This document shows positions 1 to 6,542 of a stretch of DNA of 6,542 bases, in pieces. Location: assembly GCA_000388065.2 (NCBI GenBank), contig KB932206.1; one strand, given 5' to 3'. Positions within the stretch are counted from its first letter, which is position 1. Each line of letters begins with the position of its first letter. The notes under the pieces were generated by a model. It was not told the DNA's origin, searched no databases, and saw only the letters and a program-made list of their open reading frames with translations. Made by a program: the position numbers and the translations under genes. The stretch is from Fonticula alba ATCC 38817 (lineage: Eukaryota; Protista; Nucleariida).

Positions 1-98
1 GGGGGGAAACGCGTGTGGGCAGGCGTGCGTGGGCGGGAGGGGGCAAGATGGCTTTGGACGATGTGGGGGGAGGCCCGGGAAAGATGGACAGCTCTCAC

Positions 99-207
99 TT
101 GACGCGCGAAGCAGAATGTCAAGGTGTCCCCCCCCGAGGACGGAAGCACTCCCCCAAGTGCCAGCGCTTTGCACGCCGAGGGGCGTGCAATCTGGTTCTG
201 GGGGCAT
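99..207 (-). CDS. Possible first exon of a divergent gene running off the left edge; product unknown (MPPEPDCTPLGVQSAGTWGSASVLGGGHLDILLRAS...)
   Basis: ACCGCC-ATG context at 207, an open frame, a GTGAGA donor at 98, then pyrimidine-rich intron-like sequence to the window edge. No recognisable motif. Confidence 0.3.
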
Positions 208-696
208 GGCGGTTCGGAGACGGCAGGCGCGGGCGTGAGGCCTGGGCACGTTCGGCCTCTTTGGGTTAAGCAGGTGATCCCGTCCGGGGACGGGAAATCA
301 TGCACTGGTGGGGAATTTTCGACGACGGGGCCCGGGGACCCCGGCTCCCAACCCTCTCCAAGATAGTGCCTGGGTCGGAGCTGTTGGCGTTGACTACCCT
401 TGCTTGTCGTTCGTCCACGCCGTATGCTGGCCGCCCTCATCGGCCGGGGAGCACGCACAATTAACCTCGGCCTTGGGGGGGGGGGGGCGTCCGCCAGATC
501 CCGACCGCGAGGGCATCTGGCGCGCTGTCCGGGCTGGTGTCGGGGGATTGTGTGGGGTGCGAGGTCCCCGGCAGGCGCCGTCGCACCTGGCCTGTGGGAG
601 AGGGAGGCAGCCGCCAAGAGGGCGACCGGCTATTCCCAACTGACCATCGCTCCCTCCGGACCCCTGGAGTGGAGACTGGTGAGCTTGCAGGTGTGC

Positions 697-713
697 CTCT
701 CTCTCTGTCTCTC

Positions 714-795
<82 letters not shown>
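697..795 (+). repeat. Compound microsatellite (CT)n-(CTGT)n-(CT)n
   Basis: Directly visible: about 11 CTGT units followed by about 18 CT units. Confidence 0.97.
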
Positions 796-797
<2 letters not shown>

Positions 798-823
798 CCA
801 CTCGCCCACTCGCCCACTCGCCC
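793..823 (+). repeat. Tandem 8-mer (CTCGCCCA) x ~3.9
   Basis: CTCGCCCA CTCGCCCA CTCGCCCA CTCGCCC, abutting the CT microsatellite. Confidence 0.95.
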
Positions 824-1130
824 TCGGGGGGCCTCGATCGAATGCAATCTTGCCCCTCGTTGGCCGCGGGGAGGGCGGTGGCCCTTTCCTTTTCTTCGGC
901 GCCCAGGCCCCCCGTCCGCCTTGGCCTTCAGGCCTCTTTGACTGCTGCCGTCTCGGCAGGGACGGGGCATCGTTGCCGTGGCAGCCCGCCGATCCTGCTC
1001 GCCAATTAATGCGCTCTTCGGGCGCCTAGCCACTCCTCCAGGCCCGAGCCGGAGCCGAGCGATCCACATCGCCACCCGCGATGGCCGGGTGCCCCTCTCG
1101 GGTTATATTTCAGCACCACCCTCTCGATCG

Positions 1131-3145
<2,015 letters not shown>

Positions 3146-3719
3146 AAGGGGCACATGGGGCACATGGCGCAACGGTGTGCGTGAGGTTCCATATGGGGGC
3201 ACGCCAGTGACCCAAAGAGGCGGACCGGGGAGAGGCATGCATGCGGCAGCGCCCCGGAGGGGGGATGGGGCACCCACACCCACCTGGTGCTTGTACACAC
3301 CGACATGTGTGCCGGCCGGCATGTGGCGAGGCGCAATGTGCATACATTTGACCGCGGCAAGCCGTTCCCCTTTTGTGGATGGTGTTGAGATGCGCTCCCG
3401 AAGTGACGAGCGGGGCGAGCAAGGGGGCGAGAGAATGGACAGATAGTTGGCAAGGGGGTGGCGCGCAGGGAGATGGCTGGATGGATTTGGTCTGTGTATA
3501 TACCTCCCTCTCATGGGCAGCACCATGGGGGAGGTGTGTTGGTCATCAGGGGGTGGGTCTGGGCCACAAAAGTCCGGCCGCAGTGGTTTTGCTGTTTGCG
3601 CGTTCGCAGGCAAGTGTATGGGAGTATGCATGTGCGAAGCGGACAGGAGCCCATGCCCGGCGGTGTGTTTCCGGGGCACGACAACAGCCACGGGAGGGAG
3701 GCGGCGCACATGGTCTCGC

Positions 3720-4033
3720 TTAGAGCAGGGGAGTGACCTGTGACAGAGGCCAGGGGAGGGACCAGGCATTGCGTGTCAGTCCAGAGACGGGGGCGCGGGG
3801 CAAAGCTGGGAAAGGGGGGGGGGGAGGAGAGGACGCACGTGCATGGGAGGCGGGGCATTGCGGTCCCACTTGGTGCCGCCCGGGGCGGTGGGGCACTTGT
3901 AGGGGTCGGGGTGGGCATTGTTGACGAGGTACTCCTCGGCCTTCTTGATGGCGGCCTCGATCTCGTAGGCGTGCTCGAGGTGGCGGTTGGCCTGCCGGGG
4001 CGAGGGAGGAGGGGGTAGGGGGATGTGCGTGTG

Positions 4034-4078
<45 letters not shown>

Positions 4079-4675
4079 GCGTGTGCGTGTGCGTGTGCGT
4101 GTGCGTGTGCGTGTCAGGTCAGGAAGAGGCCCCACTGTCATCTGCTGCGCCCCTCTTCCCTTTCGCGGCGCAGCATGGTGGGGTGGGCGCACCTCGAACT
4201 CGCTGCGGACGAGGACAGCGCGCTCGGACCACTGGAAGACGTCGCGAGCATAGTCGCTGGTGGGATAAAGGAAGGGAGAGTGTCCAGGAGGATAGAGCAG
4301 GAGGAAGGCAGTGGGGAGTAGGGTGAGNNNNNNNNNNNNNNNNNNNNNNNNNNNNNNNNNNNNNNNNNNNNNNNNNNNNNNNNNNNNNNNNNNNNNNNNN
4401 NNNNNNNNNNNNNNNNNNNNNNNNNNNNNNNNNNNNNNNNNNNNNNNNNNNNNNNNNNNNNNNNNNNNNNNNNNNNNNNNNNNNNNNNNNNNNNNNNNNN
4501 NNNNNNNNNNNNNNNNNNNNNNNNNNNNNNNNNNNNNNNNNNNNNNNNNNNNNNNNNNNNNNNNNNNNNNNNGGGGGGAGGGGACGCACCGCTCGAGGCG
4601 GAGAATCTGGCGGTAGAGACCCTGAATGCGGCTGACATGGGCCGCACCGCGGGCAGTCGAGGCGAACACGGACAT
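3720..4675 (-). CDS. NDUFB9: NADH:ubiquinone oxidoreductase (complex I) accessory subunit B22/NDUFB9, LYR family, spliced; exons 4675-4590, 4256-4193, 3991-3839, 3737-3720; 106 aa
   Basis: Spliced product: MSVFASTARGAAHVSRIQGLYRQILRLERDYARDVFQWSERAVLVRSEFEANRHLEHAYEIEAAIKKAEEYLVNNAHPDPYKCPTAPGGTKWDRNAPPPMHVTPLL*. It has LYRxxLR plus the downstream Phe of the LYR motif, and the HPDPY..P.APGG.K..RN.P.P signature of NDUFB9. The ATG is in an ACC-ATG context. The last exon (VTPLL*) is less certain than the first three. Confidence 0.93.
3738..3838 (-). other. NDUFB9 intron 3 (101 nt, phase 0)
   Basis: GTGCGT donor at 3838, poly-C, ACTGAC branch-like site (3780-3775), TCACAG acceptor ending at 3738. 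Confidence 0.7.
3992..4192 (-). other. NDUFB9 intron 2 (201 nt, phase 0), contains (ACGCAC)n/(AC)n on the sense strand
   Basis: GTGCGC donor at 4192, CAG acceptor ending at 3992; splicing gives SEFE|ANRH. Confidence 0.92.
4037..4114 (+). repeat. Compound microsatellite (GT)n-(GTGCGT)n in NDUFB9 intron 2
   Basis: About 17 GT units followed by about 7 GTGCGT units, directly visible. Confidence 0.97.
4257..4589 (-). other. NDUFB9 intron 1 (nominal 333 nt including the N gap, phase 2)
   Basis: GTGCGT donor at 4589, pyrimidine tract, CAG acceptor ending at 4257; splicing gives LE-R-DYARD. Confidence 0.88.
4328..4572. other. Assembly gap (245 N) inside NDUFB9 intron 1
   Basis: Run of N bases from 4328 to 4572; a G run lies immediately to its right. 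Confidence 0.99.
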
Positions 4676-5252
4676 GGTGTGGGGTCTTCGTTGGGCGGAG
4701 GCAGGGAGGTCAGGCCAGGGGGGGAGGGGGGAGGGAAACACGGGGCAGAGTTCGTGGCGGGTGAGCGGGACAGGGGGCTGGGGCCGAGGCGCGCCACAGG
4801 AGTGGCGTCGCAGGAGGCGGCCAGGGGGAGAGGCATCGAATACGGAGGGGGGGGGGAGGAGGGCGGGTCGAACAGAAAAGAGGCGACGGAGGGTTCAGAG
4901 GGGAAAGGGGAAGCTACGTCTGCCCGACTCCCACGGCGGGGAGGGATCCGGCAACGCGGTGGCCGAAATTGGAGGTTTCACCCCTCGGCCTTGTGCGGCA
5001 CCGGGCGCCGGCGGGCGGGCGGGCAGGCGGGCGGGCAGGCCTCCCCCGAAGGGGGGCAACACCGGGCAAGAGGCGCCGATTGCCGTTCGCAGGCTTTCCG
5101 GCGTCCGTGGGCCTGGGGGCCCAATGTGCAGCAGGCAGGCCCGGAGCTTGGGCTCACTTCCCAGGGAGGCGGCCTGGGTGCATCTCCGGCGCACGGGCAG
5201 CGGGTATGGCGGGCTCCAGGCACATCCCTCCGACCGGCGCCCTGCTGGCGGC

Positions 5253-5276
5253 GTGTGTGTATGTGTGTCTGTGCCT

Positions 5277-5307
<31 letters not shown>
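5253..5307 (+). repeat. Degenerate (GT)n followed by (CT)n microsatellite
   Basis: GTGTGTGTATGTGTGTCTGTGCCTGTGT followed by about 14 CT units. Confidence 0.93.
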
Positions 5308-5308
<1 letters not shown>

Positions 5309-5717
5309 CGGAGCATGAGCCCGAGGCGCCGGTGTCTAGTGATCTCCAAATGGTATTTCCAATGCCGGAGGGGATCAGGCTGCGAGGGCGTGATCCCCGC
5401 GGGCGCCTTTGCTCAAAACGCCCCTTCGATTCCCCCGATTCTTCCGCGGAGCCGGGCCAGGCGGGGGGGGGCCGCCGCCGAAAGGTGGGGTGTTGAATGG
5501 GCCCACCCATCCGGGGAATGAGAGGGGGCAGGTGAGAACGAGCGAGGAGGGGGGGGGGGGGAGAGAAGGCCGGAGAGGCGGTCCGGGGGGGGGGGGGGGG
5601 GCACCCTCCTTCCCCCGGCCCCCTTGGGCTGTCGGTCCCTATCACTAGCTGCTTGTGCCGGGACGCAAGGGGGAAGATTCTCCCCTATCTTTCTCCGCGG
5701 CAGTGCTTGTCCGTCGT

Positions 5718-5749
5718 CGGCTGCCGGCTGCCGGCTGCCGGCTGCCGGC
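5718..5749 (+). repeat. Tandem 7-mer (CTGCCGG) x4
   Basis: CGG CTGCCGG CTGCCGG CTGCCGG CTGCCGG C, directly visible. Confidence 0.95.
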
Positions 5750-6542
5750 GGTGTGTTTTCCTTTGCGCCTCCTGCCCGAAAGTCCTCTTGGGGGGGGGCA
5801 ACAAAAAATAAGCTATTTAAAGTTCTTACCAATACAGCAGGGCCTGCTCGATCATCCGCCTGCGCAGGCGTGCTGATCCTTCTTTCGGCCAAGGGGGCGC
5901 TGCTCCGGTCCCCCTTTCGCCCCGCCCCTGCCCGGCCGGACGAGCCACCGGCGCCAGACGACGCGCCGGGCCGGCCACCGGCGAAGCCAGGGCGCAAACC
6001 GGGTCCTCGCTCCGGGAGGCTGGGCCGGGCCGGGGATCGGCATCAACAGCGGGGAGTTGGTGGCCTGACGTGGCGATTGGTATTGCCGCCAGCCAGAATG
6101 TCGGGTGCATTCTAGCTCCTGGCAGCGGCCGCACCCCCCCCGCCCCCCCTCCTGCGCATGGCTGAGGTTGAAGGAACACTGAGACGTGGCCGCCGGGCAG
6201 GCATGCAGTCGGGCGCATTGTGCGGGGCGCGCATGTGCGTGCGTGGGAGACAGACCTGGCGGGCGTCCAACCTCACCGCCGGCCGCCAATGGTGTACTAA
6301 CAGCCAGCAGGGCCCCCGAGGCCGAAGTCAGAAGGAGTGGGAGGCCCCCCGGACGCGACACGCGTGACGACCCCCCTCACCCCCCCCCCCCCCCCGGGCG
6401 GGAGGCCGGGGAGGGGGGGATGCCGGTGATTGCTGGCTGACTGGCCGGCCGGCCGGTCATGGCCCGGAGGACGGAGGATGAATTTCCGCCCGGGGGGGGC
6501 CTTTTTTTCGCTCGGGTCGCCGGTCTCCTCTTCCGACCTGGC

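Larger units (their letters stand above)
691..959 (+). other. Putative 5' UTR intron of GALE (or of another + strand transcript), 269 nt
   Basis: CAG|GTGTGC followed immediately by the CT microsatellite (same architecture as GALE introns 1 and 5), TTGAC branch-like site at 938-942, and CAG at 957-959. Confidence 0.4.

Noticed and set aside
394-1075. Long ORFs 400-1029 (+), 537-941 (+), 394-801 (-) and 461-1075 (-)
   Set aside because: They translate straight through the CT/CTGT microsatellite (LSLSVC / ERERDRQT runs) and have no domain features; stop codons are rare in GC-rich DNA.
4626-5521. 230-aa and 294-aa + strand ORFs overlapping the NDUFB9 start
   Set aside because: Gly/Arg/Glu-rich translations of purine tracts and microsatellite; no recognisable family.
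5718-5749. Tandem 7-mer and 8-mer repeats (also 793-823) as CRISPR-like or telomeric arrays
   Set aside because: No spacers, only about 4 short units, and no similarity to telomeric motifs; ordinary slippage repeats.
6150-6245. TGCGCATG / GCGCATGTGC as NRF1-like mitochondrial-gene promoter motifs
   Set aside because: Incomplete matches, about 1.5 kb from NDUFB9, and NRF1 is a metazoan factor; no evidence this is an animal genome.
6487-6508. GC stem followed by T7, resembling a rho-independent terminator or the end of a Pol III gene
   Set aside because: The locus is eukaryotic. An A-box-like TGGCTGACTGG (6434-6444) lies upstream, but there is no GTTCRA B-box and no cloverleaf, so no tRNA or other Pol III gene can be supported.

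Overview
GC-rich, intron-rich nuclear DNA from a microbial eukaryote. Two housekeeping genes can be fully reconstructed by manual splicing, and they point toward each other. (1) UDP-glucose 4-epimerase (GALE) on the + strand, 6 coding exons, 1296-3145, 385 aa, with two apparent loop insertions. (2) Mitochondrial complex I LYR-family subunit NDUFB9/B22 on the - strand, 4 exons, 4675-3720, 106 aa, with a 245-N assembly gap inside intron 1. All 8 introns are GT-AG, and 4 of them start GTGCGT. Introns are pyrimidine-rich on the sense strand and often carry microsatellites or homopolymer runs. The flanks (1-1295 and 4676-6542) contain splice-like signals, microsatellites and palindromes but no recognisable protein; a possible divergent gene starts at 207 (-). 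Most long ORFs in the six-frame track are artefacts of high GC, introns or repeats. I see no mobile element, RNA gene, CRISPR array or convincing new multi-gene system. The best leads are regulatory: a possible upstream GALE exon adding 17 aa, a decoy or recursive-type splice site duplicated in GALE intron 1, the GALE insertions and gatekeeper residue, a palindromic TATATA element between the convergent 3' ends, and an intronic repeat complementary to the dominant splice donor.
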